This document shows positions 36,301 through 46,471 of a stretch of 46,560 nucleotides of DNA, one piece after another; position 1 is the stretch's first letter; each line of letters begins with the position of its first letter. Position numbers and translations under genes: made by a program. This stretch comes from Phoronis australis (taxonomy: Eukaryota > Animalia > Phoronida). The notes beneath the pieces are model-generated. The model was not told the DNA's origin. It did not search any database and saw nothing but the letters and a program-made list of their open reading frames with translations. The stretch covers positions 1-46,560 of the forward strand of contig NMRA01001158.1 in NCBI GenBank assembly GCA_002633005.1, given 5' to 3'.

Positions 36301-39300
36301 ATCTTAAAGAAGTCTGTTGAAACTTTAACGTTTCTATATGTTATGGAAACTGTAAAGCCAATACAGACAGAAGGTACAGTAATTCATCGCGTATTTAGAA
36401 CTCAATATGTCCATCGAGTGAAATTCTATTTTGCCAAATTTCTCCACTAAAAATGTAACATTTTAGTCTAGCATTGCTTGTAGCTTGCGGATGTCGTTAA
36501 ACAACTTTTGGTAAGGTTTCCATTATCAGTTTTTAAAGAATACAAAAATCACTGTTTTCGGCAATTATTATTGTGCGACATAAGTGCAGAGTTACCGTAC
36601 AAAGTAGATTTTAAGTGATTTACAATATCTTGGAGGAAACTTTCCATTCTGTTTGGTCTGTTCTTAAAATTGAAGAAAGGCACTCATAGACTCTACCACA
36701 GACAGTGTTTAGTGCAAGTCACTGAAATGCAAGTTAGTGGAGTTTCCGTGTTGTATTTTGCTTGTGGCTAGAGTGTTTGGGCGTGGTTGGAGTTCAGGTT
36801 TCGTGGTACGTTTTGTGTGTGGTAAGAGTTGTGGCATGTGGTGAGGGTGCGTGACCATTCTATGAGTTGTTGTCTAGCCTCTGTTATTCACGAGGGGCCA
36901 GTCTAGTCTCTTCCTTATTATTGTTGCTATTCATCTTTTAAGGAACTTCCATGTGTGGAATGAGTCTTGGTTCTGTCGCCCAGATCTGCCCGAGGGTTAC
37001 GATGGTTGGCAAGCCCATGATGCCACACCCCAGGAAATGAGTGAAGGTAGACCTACATTTTACCCGCTAAATCAGAAGTCCTCAAACTTGTGCATAAACT
37101 TTCTCCAAAATAAGTAGCCAGTACCATAATGTAATGCTTGTCCGCTATCTATAGTCGGTGATTCAAAGTCAGCAATCTCACAAGATCAGCCGCCACAGAC
37201 CTGGGTTTTTGGTGCAATGTCGGGCTAACCAGTCAATCTAACGTATTTGTCTGCATACCGAGTGACATTATAGCCTTGGGGCCCATTCCAAGAAAATTGA
37301 CTTAGACAAAGAAAGATCTTCAGTTCGACTTGTAAGTGTTTGACTTGTGTTTTGTCTCAATTTGACTAACTTTCCGTGTGTGGAGATGAAGTTGAGACGA
37401 ATCTTAGACTTGAGTCAAAAATTAACTTAAGTCAGTTTCTAGGAACGGGCGCCTGATGCTCATGCTCATGCACTAAATCAATAAATAGCGGCAACGCAAT
37501 AAATAGCGGCGACGCAATAAATAGTGGCAACGCAATAAATAGCGGCGACACAATGGCAGCGACGCGTTAAATGGCGGTGACGCGTTAAATGGTGGTTACG
37601 CATTAAATGGCGACAATGCGACAAATGGCGGCGACACGACAAATGGCAGTGACAAATGGCGGCGACGCGGCAAATGGCGGTGACACGACAAGTGGCAACA
37701 AATGGCGGCGACGTGACAAATGGCAGCGACGCATTAAACATTTGCTATACCTATATACATAAAATGAGCTAAAAACGTATGTTTTCAGGTGTTATGCGTT
37801 GTGGCCCTGCTCCTCTTAAAGCCATCAAGGAAGGTCACGTCTGGCTTAACTACGATGCACCTTTCATTTTTGCTGAAGTCAATGGCGACAAGTTGCATTG
37901 GCAGGTAAAATAACGAACCTTCTTGATTTCAGTCCTGATTCTACAATTAGTTTGCTTTGTCAGAAGGTTGAAGAGATGGGCGAGATATCTTATTTCATCC
38001 GGTACAGTCATTCAAACAAGAATTGCTGATGCTGGTTTTGGAAGACGTGGGATCACTCAAACATAGCCGGTCTCTCTGAGAACATTAAGTCTAACAATTT
38101 CCATTAATCACGACTGCATTGAGAATTATATTAAAAATGTAATTGTTTGCGAGACAACACTGTAAGTCCATAATCAAATTTCCATTGTATCTATTGAACA
38201 GGAACAAGAGAACGGTTCGCTCGAGTGTGTTCACAAGGAAACGAGTGCAATTGGACGATTTATAAGCACCAAAGCACCTGGCCGCCGAGAAAGACTTGAT
38301 GTTACCAACCTCTATAAATACCCCGAAGGTAAACTTGCGGGCTTTTTAATTATTCCAGAAGAGCTTTTGTTTGCTAACAGTTCAAATACTGTTAATCAGC
38401 ATTCGTTGTAACGTGCACAAGACGCGTTTTTACCCAAGCCAATTGTTGTTGTGATCGCTTTGAATACTCTTTGTACATTTTGCACATCATCTCAGAATTG
38501 GATTCTTTCACTGAATATCACAATTCATCGAGTCAACCTATGTTGAACTGAAGTGCTTTTTTTCAACATTTTTGAATTGTTAAACCATGACTTAAAACTG
38601 AATTTCCTCAGTGTTGGCTTCCAAAAATGAAAAATTAATCAAGTCATGAAATTGATCTCATACTTTTCCTTGCACTGAACATCAAAAACCATCAGCGACT
38701 CAAGAAAGCGCTTGAAATTTTTGGGATGAGTCAACCTTAAATGCGTGGATTGGGAAATGGCGCATGTGCGCATTGTCTGTGACTTGAATTGACGGCTGAC
38801 TCATTCAGCAACAATTCAAGATGGGATGAGTGCAGTAATAATTTTGAGTCACGAAACCAATTTGGTTTATAGTTCAATGTTGACAACTAAACAGCAGCGA
38901 AATGCTTTGTTGCGTTATTGTATTGTACTGTATTGCATGTCATTGTATCATACAGGAAGTGATGACGAAAGACGCATTGTAACTTCCGTGTTCAGACGAA
39001 GCAAGCTGAACAAGAGGTTTGATGTCTATGAGCCAGACATCACTAAAGATGTTGACTTCAAGGAGGAAATTGCATCAGAAACAAAAGTTTGTATGAAGTG
39101 TATTAAATTAGATAGAGACTAATAGTAGTAGTAAATGTAACTGTACCCCTTTCCTCTCGACAACAGTTTAGCATACCCCCAACTCGGACGCCATCAAATT
39201 CTGCCAAACTGGGCGCCACCACATTCCCCGCTTCTATACCAGTTCCGTGTTTGCAGAATGTTGAATTCTGGGGATAGTATTCACTGTTTGTATAATTTGT

Positions 39301-42300
39301 CTTCAAAAATTTCTCGTCGCAAGTGCGAGTGTCTTGGGTCTCGGGAACACAGGCCGGGCACGCCACGGTTAATTTTCCAAACTTCCCGCAGAAGCATAAG
39401 TTTGTTAAGAATGCCATCGAATTAGTCAGAAGCTAGTTGGGCTGGAACAGATAGGCGATGTTCAACAAAGTGCAATGATACACCACATGTTATTATGGGT
39501 GGGCGGTGATGTATTCTGGGAACATTATACATCTGAGTGTGACTTGAGAAGTAGCGAATCACGAGTGAGTGCGAATGTTCAGGTGACGGGCACGGGTGCT
39601 TTGCATAACCCTAGAAACGGTACAGGGATATGGGCTCTTTCCTCAATGGTCTCCTTATTCCATGTTTGTGCCCATTTTATCAGGTAAGACAGATGGAAGA
39701 CAACGGTAATAGATTAATGCCTGTATATGTTTAGGAGACTTCATTTGGGAACTTTAGTATAGTAATTCTTACCTTTTATATTATTAAGATAGTATATTTT
39801 GATTTTATCTGGTTTAAGTACTCTGTATTTTTATGCAGTTCATAGTTTTATGCTTATCTATCTCTTTATTTTCATTCATACAAGTTTTGATTATTTAATA
39901 TTCATTGTTATTTATAGGATTTGTTTGTACATGTCTTTAATCTTTATTTGCATCTGTTTCTATTAATTGTTATTGTTACTATTTTAAGTACAATGATAAT
40001 GATGATAATCATAATAAAACAGTTTTTCCGGTGTTACTACTGCACTCTCTTGTTCTACTTTTTCTAGCACGGTGAAGACTTCAGTCTTCCCGTTGTGCTG
40101 ACCAATAACAGTACAGAGCCCCGCACTGTAATGATGCAAATCACCGCCATTGCTTCCTTTTACACTGGGGTTACCAGTGAAAGGATCAAAGCAGAGCTTT
40201 TCAAAGTGATCGTACAGCCAAGTGCAAGTATGTTATGAGTCTTTTCCTTTTGCCTAGTCATCTCTTATCTGTTCAAAGCAGAATTTGTTCTTAAAGGCAC
40301 TCTTTTCAAATTGTTTCGTTAAAAACAACTTAAGAGGAGTTTGACTACTAACCAGTGTAGTCAAAATTAATGTTCAAACGATGCTCTTTCCACATTCAAT
40401 CAAATGTACACAAAGTAAACTGAATTTATTGTAGAATTTTGAGCATAGCTTTTGAAATTCTGTTGGTGAACCAACAAAATGGGCACCAAACACTTGAACA
40501 GCATTGAACCTATTTTTTATGCATTGCCAAAAAAATCTAATACATGTTGGACTGCAATTTTGCAGAACGTTCCTATTTAAGTGGTGTCTTCGACTGATAA
40601 AAGTTTCCCAAAATAAAGGAGAGTACTTTTAAGCAGTTTCTTTGCAAAAGAACATCAGCAAGTATGCTCAAAATATTGAAAAAGCTCACATTATTTTCTA
40701 TTAGGTGTTGATACTTTCCAACTTCATCATACGATTCATCTCTGATTCTCTTTCTTCGTCACTACTGTCTTTATTATAGCATCATTTTACATTGCCATTA
40801 CTACTCTCAGGCATAGTGTCATAATTCTCATTTTGATGCCTCATTTCTTGTGAATTTCGAACAACTTTGCAGACGTTTTTGTCATCATCGCCATCATCTA
40901 CAAACTGAGAGAAATGAATTGGGTGTTTCTTGCCTCATCAAACGTTATTGTTCTTCTCTTTAGCGAATTTCAACATTTTAGGGTTTAAAGAATGCTTAAA
41001 AGGTTATTTTTTGTCGAAACTCACATTATATATCTTGATGAGATACTTCTATTCCTGGAATTTCTTTCTGTCCTATAGAAAATATTTCTCATAAATGTCT
41101 GTGCTAATTACAACGAAAGGTTACAATGGTTGAGTCATTTACCCTTCAACTTACACCTTTATGTTGACCGTATGAAGAGCCAAGGTGATGAAGAACGCTT
41201 AGTGCATGTTGAATGCTTGTTATTCGCCATAACCCTGGAGCCTTCACACCAATCGGATTGGGATTTGGCACGAGAGTCCGACGACTCTTTGACAAGAAGA
41301 AACACCAGTAATGAAGGAATACTTACAAAACTACTAAGTGTGACAAAACAGTTAATTTTCGAAAAAATACTTTTGTTTGTATATTGAGGTCATGTAAGAC
41401 CTCATCAACGAGTATTGAAGTATTTTCTGGAAGTGGAAAACATGTTGAATCTCAATTTTTACCAACCTGCCATAATGGGGTGACGTGGCCATGTCCTTTT
41501 AGTAAAATTTAGCAAAAAGGAAATGCACATTATTAGCAAAACACGGTATCAATAACGCATCCGAATTTTGTTTGGTTTAACTGTTCACGATGAAAAATTC
41601 TGAACAGTTACAGTTTTCTAAAGTATCGTTTCGTTTTCTATTTAATATGCAACTTATGATTTTTTTTCACGAAAATGATGAGTCATGTTTTTGATAATCT
41701 CATAAGAAAGTGGAACATTTTATTATAATACTTTACAGCATTTTGCACCCTGTCGCAGTTGATACCGCTGTACATGTATCTTAGATATGCTTTATATTTT
41801 GCCAAGACATAGTTCAAGAGATGGTCCACAGAGATGATCATTATCAGTTTAAATGTAGTGTATTGGCAAATTTATGTTTATTTTTGTAGCGTTTTGTTTT
41901 TTTTGAAAACAGAAACTGCATTGCTATTAGACGCCTACGATCACCTTAGCTTCAATTAGACAGACGTACAACTAATGTTTTATAGGTGAAACTGTGTCAA
42001 TGTTCATGTCAACGAACGACTACATGGACAAACTAACCAAAGGGGACTTCGTCAAAGTCTATATTCGAGCATTAGTAGAAGAGACTGGACAGCGGTACTT
42101 TCATTCAGAGGCCATGCAGCTGCAGAAACCATTACTAATTATCCACGTAAGTGCAACACAAGTTTTGATTCCAAATAGCCATTCGTTTTAAGCCGTGTCT
42201 AAAACGATTCCTTTGCGTTTTTATAATTTTTTTCGTCCACACGTTTTTTCCTTCTCCCATAGATACGCTAATGCAATCGCTGCATTTTCGTCCGTCACAC

Positions 42301-43539
42301 GAGTACATTGAATACAGCATTTCCAAAAAATTCCTCTCTCACTAGAGAGTGTTTGCCAAGAGCTGGGTTTTTAGAGTGTTGCTTTGAGTGGTGGACGAAT
42401 ACGTAGCAGACGTGGACAAATGTAGGGGGCACTATCACAGCAATACATACGTGGCTGTGCAGGGTCCTGATGACCCCTGGCTGTGTGAGGAAGTGTTGGT
42501 TTCATGTACTCTAATGCTACAGAGTGCCAGCCACATATTCACTGAAATTGAGGCTGGTGACTTAAATTATTTATGCTCTGCCATTCATCACGAGAGATTG
42601 ACCTTTGCCAGTAGAGCATTAAGCTGCGACCTAAGGTGTTCCACGTTAGAATCCACCCTGAGGCTCATCTCAGAAAATCCATATTCCCGCCAGTAATGTT
42701 TCTTTTAGGTCGAGCGATGGGTACAGAGTAGATTCACTGTTCACTCGCTCATGCTTGAATCCACTGCATCTTTAAAACACACTGCTATACATTCTAGGCT
42801 CCTGAAAGTGTCAAGCTACAGGAAGACTTTGATCTGTCAATAAAATTCACCAACTCTCTGGGGCGGAAGTTGACCGACGTTGCGCTGTGTGTGAGTGGAG
42901 CTGGTATCGTAAGAGATCTGGAGATACTTTTGTAAGTCTAATAGGTCATTCGTGTGAGAATCACAAGATTTCGTGGATAATCAAAATCTTCATGTAGGAG
43001 GTTTAAGGCTCGCTTGCATGTCCATTTAGCTTACGGAATAATACAAGTCTGATGTTCCTTTGCAATTGTATGTATTTCACTCAACGCCGCTATAAATCAT
43101 CTCTTTTCAAACAACAAGTCAACTTGTTTTCATAGGCTAACAAGTATTTCCTTTTCCTAAGTAGCGTCATAGCGCCCTCTATCTTATCGGTTGCAGTGTA
43201 CTGCCTACAACTCACCTGATTGGTTAATACGAGCTTGGTCAAAAACAATAACGAACACTCAGATCTTTTTGAGCCTAGAAATTATTTCTAATTTATAAAC
43301 AGATTGAAGATGAGCAAATTTCAAAACATCAGCTTTTGACAGGAGACAAGAGTTTATTGTACTTTTAAAATTTTCAATTCAACTTCTGCAGGGGCTCAGT
43401 TGCTATTGGAGCTACTGTTACCGAGGAAATGACTCTACGAGGGAAACGCACCGGACATAGAGAATTGGTAGTCACCTTGGAGTCGAACGAAGTGAATGAC
43501 ATCAGTGGCTCGAAAGAGATTGTTGTAACTGCCCATTAA
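12297..43539 (+). CDS. TGM: Protein-glutamine gamma-glutamyltransferase (transglutaminase, annulin/hemocyte TGase-like), 16 coding exons, 2268 nt, 755 aa
   Basis: join(12297-12370,17775-17902,22890-23072,24080-24337,25737-25855,26673-26780,28180-28357,32644-32782,36943-37046,37789-37904,38202-38328,38956-39086,40068-40227,41986-42146,42798-42931,43392-43539). All introns are GT-AG and all phases are compatible. N-terminal sandwich ([23 protein letters not shown]), catalytic core (GQCWVF C340, WNFHVW H399, HDATPQE D422, FIFAEVN, YKYPEGS) and two C-terminal barrels. The symbol is family-level only; no specific vertebrate orthologue is assigned. Confidence 0.92.
14206..14588. mobile_element. MITE with GGGCC(T/C)GTTCCAAGAAA TIR (Harbinger-like termini), interrupted by a 165-bp insert
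   Basis: Left GGGCCTGTTCCAAGAAACTGAC, right GTCAGTTTTCTTGTAACGAGTCCC; a related element lies at 37278-37453. Confidence 0.6.
14305..15529. repeat. 165-bp near-perfect inverted repeat (14305-14469 and 15365-15529), 895-bp spacer
   Basis: Direct comparison by eye shows two mismatches and no gaps. Confidence 0.92.
15701..15889. repeat. 27-bp minisatellite, 7 copies
   Basis: Unit TCAAACTGAACTAACAGTTGAGCTGTC; copy 4 is 26 bp. Confidence 0.95.
16801..17071. mobile_element. 271-bp MITE with 5-bp TSD
   Basis: TIR CATGCGCGCAACCAG / CTGGGTGCGCGCAGG, TSD AAATT on both sides. Confidence 0.8.
17775..17902 (+). CDS. TGM: Transglutaminase exon 2 (inferred): (L)[15 protein letters not shown]...LQPLEAK
   Basis: Acceptor TTATTTTTCAG, donor G|GTGATT; phase 2 in and phase 1 out bridges exon 1 to exon 3 without a stop. 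Confidence 0.62.
18247..18301. promoter_or_regulatory. CRE+GATA module, copy 1 (AP-1 site TGACTCA at 18229-18235 just upstream)
   Basis: TGACGTCA at 18257-18264 and AGATAA at 18281-18286; 48/55 identical to 21455-21509. Function is inferred. Confidence 0.45.
18822..20320 (-). mobile_element. 5'-truncated, decayed CR1/L2-group non-LTR retrotransposon (reverse transcriptase)
   Basis: Minus-strand RT motifs [65 protein letters not shown], then GTLLWNSLP; 3' end AATAAAGATTATCTACTACTTACTAC. Frameshifts and stops are present. Confidence 0.88.
21455..21509. promoter_or_regulatory. CRE+GATA module, copy 2
   Basis: TGACGTCA at 21465-21472 and AGATAA at 21489-21494, same spacing as copy 1. Confidence 0.45.
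21671..22552. mobile_element. Non-autonomous DNA transposon, ~880 bp, GC-rich interior
   Basis: TIR TGGCACGATA(T/C)AGGGTA(T/A)AGTGAAAACGCG plus a second inverted block ATTTCGTTTCGC(G/A)AC(C/T)AAAACCCGC. No convincing ORF and no clear TSD. Confidence 0.75.
22890..23072 (+). CDS. TGM: Transglutaminase exon 3 (N-terminal beta-sandwich)
   Basis: [38 protein letters not shown]...QLSIG; acceptor TTCAAG, donor GTCAGT. Confidence 0.9.
24080..24337 (+). CDS. TGM: Transglutaminase exon 4
   Basis: [10 protein letters not shown]...[10 protein letters not shown]...[10 protein letters not shown]; acceptor CATAG, donor GTAAGC. Confidence 0.93.
25030..25072 (-). ncRNA. Decayed minimal type-I hammerhead ribozyme motif of the Penelope element
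   Basis: The minus strand reads CTGATGA-tgatagtgttttagtaaacgacacc-AAAAC-ATGT-C. The core CUGANGA is intact, GAAA has become AAAA, and the palindromic ACATGT is present. Confidence 0.5.
25030..25640 (-). mobile_element. Penelope-like element fragment (GIY-YIG endonuclease and 3' end)
   Basis: [18 protein letters not shown]...LKTRTREH...SHVNIH is the PLE-type GIY-YIG domain with CxxC; a linker-like KFFKVHFVG...KLSNLL lies upstream in another frame. Confidence 0.85.
25737..25855 (+). CDS. TGM: Transglutaminase exon 5
   Basis: [40 protein letters not shown]; acceptor TTTTAG, donor GTACTT. Confidence 0.93.
26303..26579. mobile_element. Old MITE with degenerate TIRs
   Basis: GCGTTCTGTC...TTTTGGTTTTGACCA versus TGGTCTCAATCAAAA...GATAGAAGGC. 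Confidence 0.4.
26673..26780 (+). CDS. TGM: Transglutaminase exon 6
   Basis: [36 protein letters not shown]; acceptor TTTCAG, donor GTATGT. Confidence 0.93.
27361..27545. repeat. 17-bp minisatellite, about 11 copies
   Basis: Unit TACGA(G/C)GCAGCTCTAAA. Confidence 0.95.
28180..28357 (+). CDS. TGM: Transglutaminase exon 7 (catalytic Cys)
   Basis: [16 protein letters not shown]...WTGSVDIL...YGQCWVFSG; Cys codon at 28327-28329; acceptor TTCCAG, donor GTGAGT. Confidence 0.95.
28496..28564. repeat. 22-bp tandem repeat, 3 perfect copies
   Basis: Unit GTTGAGAGTATTGCCAGGATAT. Confidence 0.95.
29392..29431. repeat. Imperfect (CA)n/(CG) microsatellite
   Basis: ACACACACACGCGCACACACACACACGCACGCACACACG. 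Confidence 0.85.
29709..30469. mobile_element. HINE/DINE-1-like non-autonomous element with internal ~150-175 bp subunits
   Basis: T-rich start TTTTTATGCGCCC, then a (CGTC)n-like tract at 29755-29792, then four related subunits each containing CGACT...TAGTGGC...GAAA(A)TTT. 29880-30000 and 30350-30465 are clearly homologous. The family assignment rests on architecture only. Confidence 0.55.
30470..32580 (+). mobile_element. 5'-truncated, decayed non-LTR retrotransposon with RT, RNase H and CCHC finger (I-group; LOA/R1/I-like)
   Basis: [19 protein letters not shown]; RNase H motifs [39 protein letters not shown]; C-terminal LTGHCNL and [18 protein letters not shown]. Several stops and frameshifts. 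Confidence 0.9.
32644..32782 (+). CDS. TGM: Transglutaminase exon 8
   Basis: [31 protein letters not shown]...DDSVW; acceptor TTATAG, donor GTAAGC. Absent from the ORF track. Confidence 0.94.
32773..33087 (+). repeat. 31-bp minisatellite, 10 copies, whose unit is the exon-8/intron-8 junction
   Basis: Unit ATTCCGTGTG|GTAAGCCTGCATTG(C/T)CAGTTA; copy 1 includes the last 10 nt of exon 8. Confidence 0.95.
33224..33295 (-). mobile_element. tRNA-derived SINE head or tRNA pseudogene
   Basis: The minus strand has an A-box-like TGGTGTAGGGT and a B-box-like GGTTTGAAACC at tRNA spacing; GCTGAG/CTCGGT could form an acceptor stem, but the T and anticodon stems are poor. Confidence 0.4.
33840..34003. mobile_element. 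Palindromic (hairpin) MITE
   Basis: ATAGATTATT.CATG...GTGGATTTTGAAGAATTATCGCC...GGGGC TGAC GCCCC...GGCGATAATTCTTCAAAATCCAC...CATGAAATAATCTAT; the inner arms are a perfect 23 bp. Confidence 0.8.
34616..34860 (+). pseudogene. THAP zinc-finger remnant of the transposase
   Basis: YC/MVPACPN...ISFFRLP...LRKWLAVV...[12 protein letters not shown] shows the THAP C2CH residues with conserved P, W and F. The first Cys is shifted out of frame by an extra GGTCC (34631-34635). No DDE domain follows. Confidence 0.8.
35561..35674. repeat. 60-bp GC-rich tandem duplication inside the Kolobok element
   Basis: CGGCCGCGACGGGCCAGCCTGATTGGGTTC at 35561 and 35621. Confidence 0.85.
36943..37046 (+). CDS. TGM: Transglutaminase exon 9 (catalytic His and Asp)
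   Basis: (W)[34 protein letters not shown]; His codon 36950-36952, Asp codon 37019-37021. Confidence 0.95.
37278..37453. mobile_element. MITE related to 14206-14588
   Basis: GGGGCCCATTCCAAGAAAATTGACTTA / TAAGTCAGTTTCTAGGAACGGGCGCC. Confidence 0.65.
37480..37738. repeat. ~18-bp degenerate minisatellite, about 14-15 copies
   Basis: AATAAATAGCGGC(A/G)ACGC grading to GTTAAATGGCGGTGACGC and GACAAATGGCGGCGACAC. Confidence 0.88.
37789..37904 (+). CDS. TGM: Transglutaminase exon 10
   Basis: [39 protein letters not shown]; acceptor TTTTCAG, donor GTAAAA. Confidence 0.94.
38202..38328 (+). CDS. TGM: Transglutaminase exon 11
   Basis: [42 protein letters not shown]; donor GTAAAC. Confidence 0.93.
38956..39086 (+). 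CDS. TGM: Transglutaminase exon 12
   Basis: [17 protein letters not shown]...[13 protein letters not shown]; the weak donor GTTTGT is required by phase 0 of the next exon. Confidence 0.85.
40068..40227 (+). CDS. TGM: Transglutaminase exon 13 (barrel 1)
   Basis: [21 protein letters not shown]...FYTGV...VQPSA; long pyrimidine tract plus TAG acceptor, donor GTATGT. Confidence 0.9.
41986..42146 (+). CDS. TGM: Transglutaminase exon 14
   Basis: [17 protein letters not shown]...VEETGQRYF...LQKPLLIIH; donor GTAAGT. Confidence 0.9.
42798..42931 (+). CDS. TGM: Transglutaminase exon 15 (barrel 2)
   Basis: [38 protein letters not shown]; donor GTAAGT. Confidence 0.9.
43392..43539 (+). CDS. TGM: Transglutaminase exon 16 (last coding exon)
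   Basis: (L)[48 protein letters not shown]-stop (TAA 43537-43539). Confidence 0.9.
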
Positions 43540-43649
43540 TTAGGTTTGCGTTAGCTATTATTACCTCCTCACTTGTTTTTTTCGCATTACAGTTAACTGC
43601 ACGTTTGATAGGGATTTATGGGTTTGTAATTTTTAATGCACAGTAGTTT

Positions 43650-43655
43650 AATAAA
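43650..43655 (+). terminator. Polyadenylation signal of the transglutaminase gene
   Basis: AATAAA about 110 nt after the stop, followed by T/GT-rich sequence. Confidence 0.6.
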
Positions 43656-46471
43656 TTTATCTGCATGCTTGGTATCTTTTGTTGAACATTCAGAACTTTT
43701 CAAAGTGGAGAAGTGAATCGACGGTAACAGTACACATTTTCAGTGTTGCCTCGAGGCTTGTTTGTTTATGTTATCTGATGCATTTAAAGTTGTTGAGCAC
43801 TGCTAATTTGGGTCAAACGACTTCAAAGTAAGAATGAGACTTTATTTGAGCCAAAAGACGTCAACGACATTTTAGCTGCAGGAATTAACTACTACCTTAC
43901 ATTATTTCACGACTCAATTTTTGTGAAACATCGCTAACTAGAATCAAAACGAGTTTGACAATCCATCTGTAAGGTTTTTTGCTAAAAATGATGTGGGTGA
44001 GCAGTTTTCTTTTGATATTTCAGCAGTGGTGACGCTGTTGTTCCCAGATCGGTGTTATTCATAGATCTTTGAAATTTCTCAAATGATACAACATTCAGAG
44101 GCAAGAGTTCCAAAACACTACACAGTGCACACCAACGGTTTGATAAGGTCTTTCCCGAGTGATTTTTTGCAGTAACCGTTAAGTATACCAACTTACCTTT
44201 AGTCATCCATACCTGGCTTCCACAATTAGTGCCGACATCATCACATAATACAAACTGGCGGAAAATTCGGACAAAAGTGCTAAACCTAAAACACCTGCCT
44301 CAAAGCAGGGGAGGCCCCAGACTCGTAACTCAATAGCATGACCTCATTAACTGTTTGGAGACATCACCACTTTGGCTGTGAAAATGTCTATGTCAAACGA
44401 GCAACAATTGGGCATACATAAAGAATATATACAGATATACCGACAAATTCCTTCTCACAGAGTCCATTCGTTTAACAATGTAATTACACTAGTTTGTGCC
44501 ATGCCTTGAAACTTAGCTATTTCGAACAGCCACAAAACCGGTAGAAATTTACTCCTTGACATCAAATTCTTAAAGGGGCGAACCCCACATCTTATTGAGG
44601 TAGTGTAATGCAATTTTATCTTCTCCATAAGTCAAAAGGATTAAAACAAACATGGCCACAAGGTCTTCTACAGTTACATTGAAGGTAACTATAAAATCTT
44701 TGGCTATATCCTGGTGACTTGGGAATTTATAGTTCGTGGGAAAAATCAAGAAGGCAGGTTATTGTTATTACCGGTAACTTAGTGAACCAGGGATGCAATG
44801 AAACGGGTTGTCACAAATTGTTTAGTTTTCAAGAGGATGTATGACCAATCCTGTCAACCACATATTATTGTGGCGAAGGAAACCCGTGACCCGTTCGGTC
44901 ACTGACTATATTTAGTCGGAGCAAGATATTTCCAAGAGCGATCTTCCCAGTTCACTAGACTGAAGGATCTTCATCTAACTCAGAGAAAAGCCATTCAGGC
45001 CCTTGACGTGAAAAAGAAAGACTGAGAAAATGGTTACGGGGGCGAAATATTACAATTCAATCCAAAGAGACAATGGAGATAACTATATATGTAGTTATGT
45101 GAGTGGCCAAGAAGCATTTAACTTTCATGAAACTGTGCTTTGAAAGTGCTTGTAGATTATGAAGAAAATTTCATACTCAAAAACGTTTAATAATTGCAAA
45201 AGTTGAGACGAAAGACTAGGAAAACATCATGAAAAAACGTAGACATCATATCAGCGTCACTGGCATCAATAAAGATTTTTTGAAATGTGAACACATTGCA
45301 AGGAAATCGGCTGTATCAGTACAAAGAGGAAACCAGGAAAATGCTGATATACTTGGGGGACAAGTTACTCAACGGGAGAAACCTGTCTAAATATGACTAA
45401 CTTGAGAAAAGTGTGAAAGAATGAACAGTCATTGTTGCAGCTTTGGTTAGGATGTGGATCGAGGCCTGTAATAACCGTCAAGTCCCATTGGGAATGTTTA
45501 TGTCCCGGTTCTCCACACGCAATTAAACTTAGTGACGATTTCATACCCCGGCGTTCCCCGCACGCACACCAAGAACTGACTCGACAAAATTCCTGATTGC
45601 GTAACACTAATCCCACAAACGGTAATGGAATGCACATGGTGGAGACGCCGCCTCATTTTCTAACAACGGTACTATGCTATTGGCAGTATATTTTCTCAGT
45701 TATTCGACATTTATAAACTTGTTAAAAGTAACTTTGTTATTGAAAAATTCACGTGTTTACGTTTTCGGAGTTGCCCTCACAAGATTTAGGTGTTCTAGGC
45801 ATTACGTATTTCTAGCAAGGGAATGTTTGGTGGTCTTGTAAGAGAGAAAACATGTCCCTGCTGCAGTAGGGAAAAGGTTAAAGAATACACGGTCTCAAAA
45901 TTCAGATTTTTGTGTTTTTACCTAAATTTGATAAGCGGGACAAAATACTATCTATGAATTTTATGTAGACCCATGATTTAAATATCTTTAAACATGTTAA
46001 ATAATTAATACTCTGAAAAAGAGTTACCTGATATAGAAGTATTTAATTTTGGCTTAGATATTACGTACTCTTTGTATACAATATGTTAGTGGGCGGGAGG
46101 CCAGTTAACGAAAGCCTACCCTATGCTACTCAAGTCATGAAGTGGCAACTTCAAAATTATGACGTACTGACTATAATAAAACACTAACGTTTCATCCACT
46201 GAGCAGCATAAGTACTGTTGAAATGAGCAGACATATTGCGCATGCAGACTGGCCTTGGTATTTTTTTTGTACAAAACGGTTACGCTCAATACAGTTGGCG
46301 TAAATCAAGTCCATACACGACCCACATATCAAAACTGGAATGCAGAAGTGTTAAGCAGAAATGTGTGAAAGAGTTCTTTTCTGGGCTTTGGGGACGTTAT
46401 CATCCGTTTTGGACAATAAGGGTGCCGTGAACTGAATGCTTCTTTGTTGACAATAGCGTCTCCACAGTCCC

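Noticed and set aside
37478-37741. Cys/His/Arg-rich 87-aa ORF (and the repetitive ORF at 15765-16073)
   Set aside because: These are translations of minisatellites.
39087-39096. Alternative donor GTATGA 4 nt downstream of the exon-12 donor
   Set aside because: It would shift the frame of exon 13; only GTTTGT preserves the barrel domain.
43980-45400. Coding-like composition downstream of the transglutaminase gene
   Set aside because: The frames I translated are broken by stops and show no recognisable domain. It may be an old element but cannot be supported.
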